Shown piece after piece: positions 48,432 to 57,761 of a DNA stretch of 64,000 nt. The DNA is from a virus. Below the pieces are notes generated by a model, which was not told the DNA's origin, did not search any database, and was given only the letters and a program-made list of their open reading frames with translations. Where the stretch lies: UHGV virus genome UHGV-1421865. The stretch is one strand, 5' to 3'. Positions within the stretch are counted from its first letter, which is position 1. The number at the start of each line of letters is the position of its first letter. Made by a program: the position numbers and the translations under genes.

Positions 48432-49199
48432 ATGATCAGTATAAAAAACTACTTTATTTTAGGTTGTGTACTATGTACCTTGTCGTTTTGTGGTTGTTCT
48501 AAAGACGATCCAAAACAAGATACTCAAAAATACGATAACGTAATTGTAGCACAAGCAAGACGTAATGAGATCGTCGCTGCAGCCGCCGATTCGTTAGATG
48601 TTGTCTCAGAAGAGTACAACGAGTTCTTGAAAGAATTTAGGAACACGTATATCGCGAGCGCCGACGAAACAGTAGAGGATATTGTCGGTATTAAAAAGCC
48701 ATATAACATCTCCAGCGCATGCGTCGAGATAATCAAGAAATATGAAGGCTGTGAGTTATTGGCTTATAAGTACTGTAATAGAAAGACCGGCAAACGAGAA
48801 AAGTACTATACTATCGGCTACGGTCATGTGATTTTCCCTGGCGATAAAACACCGATGAGAATTACAAAGGCACATGCCGAACGACTACTTATCGAAGACT
48901 TGAATAAAACCTATATTCCAAGCGCTCGACGACTACTGAACCAAATCGACGATAATTTCAAAGTCACACAAGGATTCTTCGACGGTTTTGTAAGTTTGGT
49001 TTACAACTGCGGAGAGAAGGGCATTCAGAAATCGGCATTTTGGAAACGTCTTAAAACAGTAAGATTCGATAAGAACGGTAAGATTTACAAAGAAGACCGC
49101 GATAAAATGCTCCAGGCCATTAAGACAGCACGAGCATCAGAACCCGGTCACTTTATTCGTCGTCGTCACGAGTATGCGTTGATGGCATCTAATGGCTAA
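48432..49199 (+). CDS. Lysozyme (GH24-like) with an N-terminal signal or lipoprotein-like leader.
   Basis: CVEIIKKYEGCELLAYKY...YYTIGYGH motif. Leader MISIKNYFILGCVLCTLSFCGCS. Confidence 0.7.
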   Translation: MISIKNYFILGCVLCTLSFCGCSKDDPKQDTQKYDNVIVAQARRNEIVAAAADSLDVVSEEYNEFLKEFRNTYIASADETVEDIVGIKKPYNISSACVEIIKKYEGCELLAYKYCNRKTGKREKYYTIGYGHVIFPGDKTPMRITKAHAERLLIEDLNKTYIPSARRLLNQIDDNFKVTQGFFDGFVSLVYNCGEKGIQKSAFWKRLKTVRFDKNGKIYKEDRDKMLQAIKTARASEPGHFIRRRHEYALMASNG

Positions 49200-49218
49200 C
49201 ATTTGAACAAATAAATAT

Positions 49219-49743
49219 ATGGATAACGAGAAACTTCAAGATACATTTTTGAACATTTTTGAAAAATTTACAGGACCGATACTTGCATTATTCGGTACCT
49301 TAGTTATTATCATCGGTAGTTTAGTCTATTATTTTTTTATAAGTAACGGTAATGCGCAAGTCCGTACAGACCCCAATGCTGTGGTAACAGATACCATTAA
49401 ATGTTCGACTTTCAAATTTGAGTTTGATAATCATAAATATGTCAAGTTCAAAACAGATAAAAACGAACATATCATTCACGACCCCGCTTGTAAGTGTATT
49501 GCTAATAAATTGAATAACATTACAACAGTTATTGTTAATAACGACAACAAGCACAGTAAAGAAGTCGACACTAAGTTGACTAAGATGGAAGCACAGATTA
49601 AAAATTTCAGTGTTGAGTTAGAGAAAAAACCTAAGGTCATCTATGTGACTAAGCAAGCACCTTCTAAACCTGCAGCGCCTATGAAGAAAACTATAGTGCC
49701 TAACAAACCTGCGCCTCCTAAGCCAGCACCTAAGAAACGTTGA
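49219..49743 (+). CDS. Candidate spanin-like or lysis-associated membrane protein (N-terminal TM, Pro/Lys-rich C-terminus).
   Basis: TM ILALFGTLVIIIGSLVYYFFI directly downstream of the lysozyme. C-terminal KPAPPKPAPKKR. Confidence 0.4.
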   Translation: MDNEKLQDTFLNIFEKFTGPILALFGTLVIIIGSLVYYFFISNGNAQVRTDPNAVVTDTIKCSTFKFEFDNHKYVKFKTDKNEHIIHDPACKCIANKLNNITTVIVNNDNKHSKEVDTKLTKMEAQIKNFSVELEKKPKVIYVTKQAPSKPAAPMKKTIVPNKPAPPKPAPKKR

Positions 49744-49753
49744 CATACGCATT

Positions 49754-49987
49754 ATGGTAGAAGAACATTTCAACGTCATTATCACGTTAGACGAATTACA
49801 GATGATCTATGATGAAAGAGCATTTGAAGACGGCACAACGTTAAGTGATCTTGTTGATGAGACATATCGGTTATATCGTATTGCTTATCAAACGTCCCCT
49901 AACAGTGATGATATTAGGGTAGAGTATAAGGACAATTATAAACATTACCTTATAACCGACTATACAAATTTTAGGCAACCTAACTGA
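49754..49987 (+). CDS. Hypothetical protein (77 aa).
   Basis: ORF only. Confidence 0.35.
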   Translation: MVEEHFNVIITLDELQMIYDERAFEDGTTLSDLVDETYRLYRIAYQTSPNSDDIRVEYKDNYKHYLITDYTNFRQPN

Positions 49988-50071
49988 CGTTGATTTACTA
50001 ACGTTAAGATACCTCACGGCAGTCTAACTGACGTTAAAAGTGACGTTAAAAGATGTATAATACTTGTCTTG

Positions 50072-50112
50072 TTCAAAATAAATTACTATCTTTGCATTGT
50101 AATCAAAAAATG
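50072..50112 (+). promoter_or_regulatory. Conserved promoter-like element in plus orientation (ttcaaaataaattactatctTTGcattgtaatcaaaaa) with the -7 motif TAtcTTTG.
   Basis: Same 35-nt family as the four minus-strand copies. 8 nt upstream of the ATG at 50120. Confidence 0.5.
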
Positions 50113-50119
50113 AACCGCA

Positions 50120-50551
50120 ATGAAGAAAATTGTTTTGACACTGCTCCTACTTTGTGCAGCTTTCAACCTCTCGGCACAAGACTACTACTTTGACATCTTG
50201 CACCCAACGGTGTCATACCGGATGTACATGGCAAATTCCGATACGTACGGTGACTGGAAAGATGACTGCCCGGATTTCATTAAAGAGGCTATAGCCTACG
50301 AAAACGAGGTGTTGTATTTCCAAGACGGCTTCCGTTTGCGTTATATGAAATTCTTTAATGTGCAATGGATCTATACTAAGATTGACGGGTGGTTTTATCC
50401 TACATTCTACGCCGAGACATTGCGCAAGAATAACGACGGTACTAGTTACGTCATCAAAGTACGGGCTGTGTATACAGACGTTTCAAAGTCTAATTTGAAG
50501 TATCTTAAACTCGTGTATCCGTTTTACGAACTGAAAATCGAACCAAAATGA
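50120..50551 (+). CDS. Secreted protein with a Bacteroidetes-type signal peptide.
   Basis: MKKIVLTLLLLCAAFNLSAQ. Confidence 0.55.
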   Translation: MKKIVLTLLLLCAAFNLSAQDYYFDILHPTVSYRMYMANSDTYGDWKDDCPDFIKEAIAYENEVLYFQDGFRLRYMKFFNVQWIYTKIDGWFYPTFYAETLRKNNDGTSYVIKVRAVYTDVSKSNLKYLKLVYPFYELKIEPK

Positions 50552-51234
50552 CAGAATTAGTATTCAAAAAGGAATGGGATTGTATCACAGAGGACGGCAA
50601 CCCAAATTTTAAGAAGTTTTATAAAGAGCACTCAACAAATTACGACGATGTTCATGAGCATATTGATTTCGAAAAGAGATTCAAAGAACAACAACGTGAG
50701 TATTACAAAGTGAATAAAGAATACATCCTAGAACGCCGTAAACGATTTGACAAGGCGTTGTATTTTGAATTCAACGACAACGATTTTGCCAAAGAGATTG
50801 AGGACATGATGGTACACAACTTCATTCCAGAAATCAATGAGGTACTTAATTGGTGTGAACCCTGGACGATGGAAAGTGTTATTGAACGAAAACTCGACGA
50901 ACTTTTTAATGCGGACAATCTTCTTGTCAAGATGAAATACTGGTTCGTCACACAGTCGATGCTCAACGACCTTATTTGGCGACAACAAGTTAAGGAATAC
51001 AACACCGAATTGCTGGACAAGGTATATGAACACGCTAAAAAGGACGTCGAGTACATCTTTAGAGGCCCAACATTGGTTACGGGTACGAACGAAGAGATCA
51101 ACCAGGCAATTAAATTGTCGTTTGAAGATTGTCAGTTTGAAGAAGAACTGGAAAGGGGTGTCGAAGAGTACTGGCTCGGTGGAGATGCTTTTGTCCTTCG
51201 CATTGTAGATAATAAAGTTGTATATCACTCATGA
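50548..51234 (+). CDS. Hypothetical protein (228 aa).
   Basis: ORF overlapping both neighbours by 4 nt. Confidence 0.5.
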   Translation: MTELVFKKEWDCITEDGNPNFKKFYKEHSTNYDDVHEHIDFEKRFKEQQREYYKVNKEYILERRKRFDKALYFEFNDNDFAKEIEDMMVHNFIPEINEVLNWCEPWTMESVIERKLDELFNADNLLVKMKYWFVTQSMLNDLIWRQQVKEYNTELLDKVYEHAKKDVEYIFRGPTLVTGTNEEINQAIKLSFEDCQFEEELERGVEEYWLGGDAFVLRIVDNKVVYHS

Positions 51235-51629
51235 ACACGAACAGTCTTATAAAGAAAGTATTTGTTGCTTTTGTGGTTTTCATTGGATGTTGTGTTAGCT
51301 TGTTTTATAGCTGGAAGGTATTTGTAGAAAACCATCTTGATGTGCCCGGTACTATAATTGCTAAGTCAGAGGCTGTAACAGGTGAGGGTAGGTCACGAGT
51401 AAGAACAGAGTGGTTGTTTGCTGTAAAGCCCGACAATACAACATACAGCGCCTATGATGTTAACGTAGATTTTGTAACTTACGCAACACATAATGTTGGC
51501 GACCATGTCAGTTTTAAGGTTATAAGTGAAAAGGTAGATCCGAACGGGCACGATGATTTCATGAGTATAGCATTAGGTGCTATCGGTATGATTGGATTTT
51601 TTATATTGCTTGTATATATATTTTCATAG
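51231..51629 (+). CDS. Membrane protein (132 aa, N- and C-terminal TM).
   Basis: Hydrophobic termini. Confidence 0.45.
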   Translation: MNTNSLIKKVFVAFVVFIGCCVSLFYSWKVFVENHLDVPGTIIAKSEAVTGEGRSRVRTEWLFAVKPDNTTYSAYDVNVDFVTYATHNVGDHVSFKVISEKVDPNGHDDFMSIALGAIGMIGFFILLVYIFS

Positions 51630-51712
51630 TCTTGCACAAACCTATAACGCGAACAACTAATCGAACAAGAGTAACATCCAAGAGCTAGTAGTATATACAA
51701 AATACAAATAAC

Positions 51713-52468
51713 ATGCCTATACACATCACATCTAAGACTAAATCACTAAGGGTACGACCGGCGTCAAAAGACGAGCTACGGTTCTTGATAAAGGAAGAAC
51801 TACAATGTCAAGGTCCTGATGCTGATCTAAATTTCATTGATACATCGTTGATTACAGACATGTCTCATTTGTTTTCTTTCCCATTAGACCTGCATGTACA
51901 TGTAGGTAACATCAAAATCGACGAGTGGGACACTTCAAAGGTCACAGATATGTCTTATATGTTTGTAGATTGTCCATGTTTATATTGTGATCCTTCCAGA
52001 TGGAACGTATCTGGCGTCATTAGTATGGGGTGTATGTTTGGTGGTTGTAGAGAACTTGATTGTGACTTGTCAAATTGGAATGTCTCTAATGTAGTAGATA
52101 TATCAAAGATGTTCAAGGACTGTTATCGATTCAGAGGTACAGGATTGCCGGATTGGAATGTACAGAGGCTACAGAAGATGGAGAGTGCGTTTAAGCACTG
52201 CCATATACTCAATTGTGATTTGTCGGGCTGGGAGTTTTCGAATCCGGTTGATATGTTCTATGCTTTCGACGGTTGTTATTCATTTCCCGACGATTATAAA
52301 CCAAAGCAAGTTCATCGTACAGCTACATCTACGCAGTCAATACAGACCGCTATAACAAATCTTGCGTCATTACAGAACAATGCTATGAGTAGGTGTATTG
52401 GTAATAATAGTGCGTTGATTATGAACGAAGAAATGTATAAGGCCTTTATTAGTATTTATTCTGATTGA
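51713..52468 (+). CDS. DUF285-type repeat protein paralog (251 aa) with a unique C-terminal extension.
   Basis: MPIHITSKTKS...QGPDADLNFIDTS plus 5 repeats. Confidence 0.8.
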   Translation: MPIHITSKTKSLRVRPASKDELRFLIKEELQCQGPDADLNFIDTSLITDMSHLFSFPLDLHVHVGNIKIDEWDTSKVTDMSYMFVDCPCLYCDPSRWNVSGVISMGCMFGGCRELDCDLSNWNVSNVVDISKMFKDCYRFRGTGLPDWNVQRLQKMESAFKHCHILNCDLSGWEFSNPVDMFYAFDGCYSFPDDYKPKQVHRTATSTQSIQTAITNLASLQNNAMSRCIGNNSALIMNEEMYKAFISIYSD

Positions 52469-52692
52469 TCTGATTGATTCTTTGTTATTGTATTATTGAA
52501 ATCATTGCTGTCGGACTGATTTTGTTTGTAAAACTAGCTATATATAATAAAACATGATATACAAAATTACAGAGCTGTTAAATTCGGTAACTTTCAGTAC
52601 AAAACAAGTTTGTTCTCTACTGACAGTACCTTTCTCAGAACAAGGTCCAAAGTATGTACCGAAAGAGCTCTCAATAAAGGATTTCATCAAAT

Positions 52693-52980
52693 ATGAAAAA
52701 AGTATATATCGCAGCACCGTTGAATGAAGGTTCTAAAATAGACATCTATAGTACGTTTTATACCGTCGTAGAAGACCTACAGAAGGAATATGACGTACTA
52801 AACACAGTACCTAGCATTCCAGACGGCACACTACTGTGGTTGGCAAGTCAAGTAGAGCTACTACAAGAAGCCGATGTTGTGTACATGGCGTACGGCTGGG
52901 AAACTCGTCGTGAATGTCGACTGCTGGAAGAAATTGCAGCGGAATACGATATTCCTATTGTATATGATCAGTGCGGCTGA
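52693..52980 (+). CDS. Hypothetical protein (95 aa). Possibly nucleoside 2-deoxyribosyltransferase-like (YIAAPL).
   Basis: Weak motif MKKVYIAAPLNEGS only. Confidence 0.35.
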   Translation: MKKVYIAAPLNEGSKIDIYSTFYTVVEDLQKEYDVLNTVPSIPDGTLLWLASQVELLQEADVVYMAYGWETRRECRLLEEIAAEYDIPIVYDQCG

Positions 52981-53029
52981 TTATTATATAAGTTTAAGAC
53001 TATAAAATAAATAATAAAACTTAAAAATC

Positions 53030-54418
53030 ATGCATGATTTAAGAGATTACGTAAATGGAAACGTTTCTAACGTTTTCGAAGAAGCCGGTAAGCGCGGCCG
53101 TCCCAGAAAGAACCCCGCACCGGAGGAGAGTGAATATGATAAAATTAATGGTAAGTCGGCAGAATCTAACGGTTCTGGTGGTGCCTATGCTGTGAATCCT
53201 CCTGTATCGGCGAAGATTGAAGGATTTAAGCTTCAAAATGAGGGTAAGAATTTCAGTAAAAACAAGCGTGAAGTTGCTCGCGCCCTTGTGACCGAAAGAC
53301 CCTTCTTCATTCAGGGTCGTGCCGGTTGGGGTAAGACATCTGTTGTTCTTGATGTAGCCGGTAATCTCGGATATGAAGTGATTGTCTTCTATCTCGATAA
53401 GTGTGACGTAGCCGACCTTGCTGGTCGTATCTATGTCGACGAAAATGGTCGCGAAAAGAATACGATTCCTGTATTTATTCAGGAAGTTGCAGAAAATACC
53501 GACAAGAATTACTTGTTGTTCTTTGACGAAATGAACCAGGCACAGCCCGAGGTGATGAACGCACTCATGCCTATTATCCACGAAAGAACGATTGGTGGTA
53601 GACATTATGATAATCTTATTTGCGGTGCCGCCGGTAACTTGATGGATGAAAACCTCGGAGGTGTATCGGAATTGAGTAAGCCACTTGCTGCCCGTTTGAA
53701 GAAGATTAACTGGGAATCACACACTGAAGATGCTTGGAAAGACGCGATAGAGCACCTTGTTAAGAAGCACAAGTTCCCTCAAGAGTTCTTTGATTTCCTT
53801 ACAAAGGTGGCTCTTGATTGGTTTGATTCACCCCGTGACATCGAACTAAACATTTTGAATATCATTGAGATCCTCATTAAAAAGGGTCAAAGTTGGGAAG
53901 TCGAGGAATGGAAAGAAGATATTGAAGATAATGTAGTTAGAGCAGAACTCCTAAAGAAATATAAGGCAGGTGAAAAAATTACTCCAAAGGATGCTGATAT
54001 TGATCATGATCTCGACGGTAAAGAAGGCCAAGCCGATATTGAACGTCTATCTCGAATGTGCTATGACTTAGTTGCTAACGAAGGAGAACTTACGGCGTCC
54101 AGAAAGAGTCGTAAGGTAGGTGCCGGTAAGCAAGTACCGGAGAATTTACGTCAACTTATGAAAGAAGGTATTAGTAAAGGGTATATCCAACTTGCGAGTG
54201 AAGGCGATACGATAAACTCTACAAAATACGCTATTTCTGCAGAGAACATTGTAGAAGTCTTCGTAAATGACGGTAGTGAATTTAATGCCGAAACAATTCA
54301 AAAGGTTGTCGATCACCTTACAGAAACGCTTAACTTTAAGTACAATACCGACGATGAATGGAAAAAGGAAGCTAAGAAATTAAATTTAGTTGACCCGTTG
54401 GCACCTGAGACGAAATAA
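53030..54418 (+). CDS. MoxR/AAA_5-type AAA+ ATPase.
   Basis: Walker A FIQGRAGWGKTSVV, Walker B LLFFDEMNQA, sensor MNALMPIIHERTI. Confidence 0.8.
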   Translation: MHDLRDYVNGNVSNVFEEAGKRGRPRKNPAPEESEYDKINGKSAESNGSGGAYAVNPPVSAKIEGFKLQNEGKNFSKNKREVARALVTERPFFIQGRAGWGKTSVVLDVAGNLGYEVIVFYLDKCDVADLAGRIYVDENGREKNTIPVFIQEVAENTDKNYLLFFDEMNQAQPEVMNALMPIIHERTIGGRHYDNLICGAAGNLMDENLGGVSELSKPLAARLKKINWESHTEDAWKDAIEHLVKKHKFPQEFFDFLTKVALDWFDSPRDIELNILNIIEILIKKGQSWEVEEWKEDIEDNVVRAELLKKYKAGEKITPKDADIDHDLDGKEGQADIERLSRMCYDLVANEGELTASRKSRKVGAGKQVPENLRQLMKEGISKGYIQLASEGDTINSTKYAISAENIVEVFVNDGSEFNAETIQKVVDHLTETLNFKYNTDDEWKKEAKKLNLVDPLAPETK

Positions 54419-54431
54419 AACAGAGTAGAGT

Positions 54432-54836
54432 ATGGTAAGATTATTAGATTTCTTTAAGAATAAGAATATAAATAATAACTTTATACAACACCTACGTGAT
54501 CAAGAGGCTGCTAATAGTGATGACCATAATAGTGACGATGCTGAGCAAACGGCATCGTCACCCAAGGTCGCAGGTTCGAAGGTGATGTATTTTGAGAATG
54601 ATGACGAGTTTGCTTCTTTTGTTTTTGAACCGGTACGTAAAATAGTTATCAAAACAAACAATAGAGGAGATGAGTTTGCAGTTGCAGAACCTGTATTGAC
54701 AAGTTCGTATAAGGCTGCAGAGGCTACAGGTACTCAGTTCTGTGTTATGGATCCTAAATCACATGTTAATAAAGACGGCATGTTAGGTTGGGAAGACGTT
54801 ACACTGAAAATTAACAATGTAAAACGATATAAATAA
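54432..54836 (+). CDS. Hypothetical protein (134 aa) between the AAA+ and VWA genes.
   Basis: ORF only. Confidence 0.45.
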   Translation: MVRLLDFFKNKNINNNFIQHLRDQEAANSDDHNSDDAEQTASSPKVAGSKVMYFENDDEFASFVFEPVRKIVIKTNNRGDEFAVAEPVLTSSYKAAEATGTQFCVMDPKSHVNKDGMLGWEDVTLKINNVKRYK

Positions 54837-54839
54837 GTT

Positions 54840-56702
54840 ATGGTAAATCTTTCAAGAAAAACTGGTTCAGATACGCTCGACGAATACGATGAGTTTAGAT
54901 ATACCAAAACTTCTTTACTATATGCTGCCGAAGCCGATGGAGACCTGGATAAACGTGTAAAGATTTTCGATTATATCGACGATGAAAATAACGAAGGAAC
55001 ATTCTACTATGACATGTTGGAGTTTTTTCGTTTCTTAGACCCGTCGGATCCTGACACAAACGGCCATATTGCGTACACTACACCGGACCATTTGTTGTAT
55101 TTCAATGCACCAAATGAATACATCAAGAATCCTAGAGAACTTGCACAATGGGACTTTGTATATTGTCATGAGTGTTTGCACCAGATTTGGGACACTTTCG
55201 CTGTCGGTGAGAAGATCAAGGCAGACGGTCTGGAATACAACCACCGATTGCTGAATATCGCCGCTGACTGTATCATTAACGACTTCTTGCGTCGCATTGA
55301 AAAGAAAGTACCGTTTGAAGAAGGTATTTTCCCCGAGACTATTGAAGAGCAATTTGGTGGTATCAAGTATAATCCGAAGAAGGACACACAGTATTCGCTT
55401 TATGTAAAGCTTCAAAAATGGTTGAAAGATAACAATGAAGATCTTAATAAGAAAATCAACCAAGATGAGAAGTTCAAAAAAGCTGTAGAACAGTCTGAGA
55501 AACACGAACGCGGTGATGGTCCTAACGACAAACAACCCACCGACTCTCAAGACGGTCAACAAGGTCAAGGTAGTGACGGTCAAGGCCAACAAGGTCAGTC
55601 TGGTGACTCTCAAGACGGTAGTCAACAAGGACAAGGTGGTGACGGTCAGGGCGACGGTGACGGTCAAAGTGGCAACCAAGACGGTGATCAGCAAGGTCAG
55701 AGTGATGGTCAAGGCAGTGACGGTCAAGGACAAGACAGTCAAGGTCAACAAGGTAACCAAGCCAACCAAGGTAGCGGTTCTAAGAACAACCAAAGCAAGA
55801 ACGGTGCTGGTGACGGTCAACAAGGACAAGGCAACGGTGACGGTCAAGGTGGTCAAGGTGGTGCCGGTAAGGGAAACGGAGCCTTAGGTGACGCTAAAGA
55901 AATCAGCGCTGCAGAACAAGCCGCTATTCGTGAAAAGGCTCGTAAGGTAATCAACAAGTACAAAGACGCCATGAGCGGTAACCTCGGTGACTTTATCAAG
56001 AAATGTAAGAGTTCTGTAAAGGGTGAATCGCAAGGTATCGACGTCGGTGTTCGTTCCGGTAACCATTCTAATTGGAACAAGACATTGACTACAAATATCA
56101 TGTCTTATGTGAGCCAACGTGTTAGAACTCGTACACAATATGAATCGTCATGGCGTAGAATCAGTAGACGACAGAATACAGTGAAGCCCGGTGATCTACT
56201 GATGAAGGGTAAGAAACGTAAGAAGGACCAGATTAAGGTAAACATTGCGTTCTATATCGACTGTTCAGGTTCTATGAGTAGCTGTATTGACAATGTATTT
56301 GATTCGGCTATCGCTATCGGTGAAGCACTCAAGAAGAACTTCGGACGAGAAGCGTCTAGTTCTAACGGTGCTATTTCTGAATTTGAATTTAAGACGTTTG
56401 TATTTAACGATTCTATACATCCTGTAGAATGGGGTAAACGTTACGGTGCTAGCGGCGGTACATTGCCGTTCGACGGTATTGTCGACTATATCAAGGAGAA
56501 CACTAACGATTATCTTATCAACGTTATTATTACCGACGCTGAATTCGATATTAAGCGAGATGTAGTAATGGGTATGCTTAATGAGGTGTACGGACTAATT
56601 CAGTTTGTTACGAACTCGTCTAATAAGACTATTGAATCTATGGCTATGGGTTCTAAAGGTAAGCTACAGTACATTGAGGCAGATTCTAACTTCAGTGTCT
56701 GA
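54840..56702 (+). CDS. VWA-domain protein with an N-terminal HExxH metallopeptidase-like domain and a Gly/Gln/Asp-rich low-complexity linker.
   Basis: HECLH motif. MIDAS motif IDCSGSMSS. ~110-aa (DGQGQ)n linker. Gene order AAA+ then VWA. Confidence 0.75.
   Translation: MVNLSRKTGSDTLDEYDEFRYTKTSLLYAAEADGDLDKRVKIFDYIDDENNEGTFYYDMLEFFRFLDPSDPDTNGHIAYTTPDHLLYFNAPNEYIKNPRELAQWDFVYCHECLHQIWDTFAVGEKIKADGLEYNHRLLNIAADCIINDFLRRIEKKVPFEEGIFPETIEEQFGGIKYNPKKDTQYSLYVKLQKWLKDNNEDLNKKINQDEKFKKAVEQSEKHERGDGPNDKQPTDSQDGQQGQGSDGQGQQGQSGDSQDGSQQGQGGDGQGDGDGQSGNQDGDQQGQSDGQGSDGQGQDSQGQQGNQANQGSGSKNNQSKNGAGDGQQGQGNGDGQGGQGGAGKGNGALGDAKEISAAEQAAIREKARKVINKYKDAMSGNLGDFIKKCKSSVKGESQGIDVGVRSGNHSNWNKTLTTNIMSYVSQRVRTRTQYESSWRRISRRQNTVKPGDLLMKGKKRKKDQIKVNIAFYIDCSGSMSSCIDNVFDSAIAIGEALKKNFGREASSSNGAISEFEFKTFVFNDSIHPVEWGKRYGASGGTLPFDGIVDYIKENTNDYLINVIITDAEFDIKRDVVMGMLNEVYGLIQFVTNSSNKTIESMAMGSKGKLQYIEADSNFSV
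55540..55870 (+). repeat. In-frame low-complexity tandem repeats (gacggtcaaggt units) encoding the DGQGQQG linker.
   Basis: Seen directly. Also generates a spurious 273-aa antisense ORF. Confidence 0.7.
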
Positions 56703-56723
56703 CTTTATTGAATAACTAAATAT

Positions 56724-56757
56724 AAAAGACGATCTTAATTTTTTGAGGTCGTCTTTT
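56724..56757. terminator. Terminator hairpin aaaagacgatc-loop-ggtcgtctttt (fourth family member).
   Basis: A-tract, stem, T-tract after the VWA gene. Confidence 0.55.
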
Positions 56758-56783
56758 ATGATTTTTAAGATATAATAACAAAT

Positions 56784-57293
56784 ATGTCGATACACATCAC
56801 ATCAAATACAAAACTTCTTAATCCGAAACCGGTCAATAAAGAACAACTAAGGTCTATTATAAGTGACGAGTTGAAACAACAAGGTCCAGATGCCGATTTG
56901 AACCATATTGACACATCTAAGATCACCGATATGTCTAGTTTGTTTATAGATCTCCGTCCAGAAAATATCAAGATAGACGAGTGGGACGTTTCTAATGTTA
57001 CTAATATGCGACAGTTATTTATGAACTGTGGTGACCTTGTTGCTGACCTGTCCGACTGGAATGTATCAAATGTAACAGACATGTACGGTATGTTTTTTAA
57101 CTGTTATAATTTCAATTCAGATTTGTCCGGTTGGGACGTCGGCAATGTTAAAAATACAAGGTATATGTTTTATAGGTGTTATGGATTAAATACAGATTTA
57201 TCAAATTGGAAACTTAAAAGCGGTTGCTTTACCAATGACATGTTCACCGAAGCCGATAAACAACGAATTCCTAGTTGGTACACACGAAGATAA
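56784..57293 (+). CDS. DUF285-type repeat protein paralog (169 aa).
   Basis: MSIHITSNTK...QGPDADLNHIDTS plus 4 repeats. Confidence 0.8.
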   Translation: MSIHITSNTKLLNPKPVNKEQLRSIISDELKQQGPDADLNHIDTSKITDMSSLFIDLRPENIKIDEWDVSNVTNMRQLFMNCGDLVADLSDWNVSNVTDMYGMFFNCYNFNSDLSGWDVGNVKNTRYMFYRCYGLNTDLSNWKLKSGCFTNDMFTEADKQRIPSWYTRR

Positions 57294-57308
57294 GCTGATT
57301 TTGTGTGG

Positions 57309-57454
57309 TTTCTGTTTTGCGTACTGGTACGTAAATATGTAACGTCCTCATAAAGGTACTTTAGAGGCCCTCTGTCGCGTCAAAACTAGTTAGGCTTGGT
57401 ATGTGTAAGCCTCAACAAAAACAACGCGATACGGGGCAAATTTTTGGACGTTTT
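57309..57454 (+). ncRNA. Structured repeat element, copy 6 (most diverged, fully compensated stems).
   Basis: Stems ccctctgtcgcgt/acgcgatacgggg and aggctt/aagcct. U-tract aaatttttgg. Confidence 0.5.
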
Positions 57455-57589
57455 GAATGCAATAGATTCTGTTGTAGCATATCTACAAATAAGAACATGC
57501 TTTGTACTATTTTGGTCTACTTTCGATAGTTTGTGTTTCGTATAAGTACATACAAATACCTAACATCGTCATAGAGGCACCATATCTCG

Positions 57590-57650
57590 TCTGTATCGCG
57601 TCCAAATGTAGTGACCTTAGTAACTCTAAGGCTAAAGAAAAATAACACCG
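57590..57650 (+). repeat. Truncated 3'-domain copy of the structured repeat, fused to the operator-like block.
   Basis: tctgtatcgcgtccaaatgtagtgaccttagtaactctaaggctaaagaaaaataa, with no 3' stem partner. Confidence 0.45.
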
Positions 57651-57656
57651 TGTGGG

Positions 57657-57717
57657 ACACGTTGTGTGTACCATCTTGATGCTTTGCATCAAATTGTTCA
57701 CAAAGTGAACATAATGC
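57657..57717 (+). promoter_or_regulatory. Twin-palindrome operator-like block identical to 42697-42757.
   Basis: gggacacgttgtgtgtaccatcttgatgctttgcatcaaattgttcacaaagtgaacataa. Confidence 0.55.
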
Positions 57718-57761
57718 GACACAGGAGAGATTTTAATTAATTACAGCTAAACATCAAATAC

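Noticed and set aside
55035-55856. 273-aa minus-strand ORF (TLTVTVAL... low complexity)
   Set aside because: It is antisense to the GQD-rich tandem-repeat linker of the VWA gene, an artefact of repetitive sequence.
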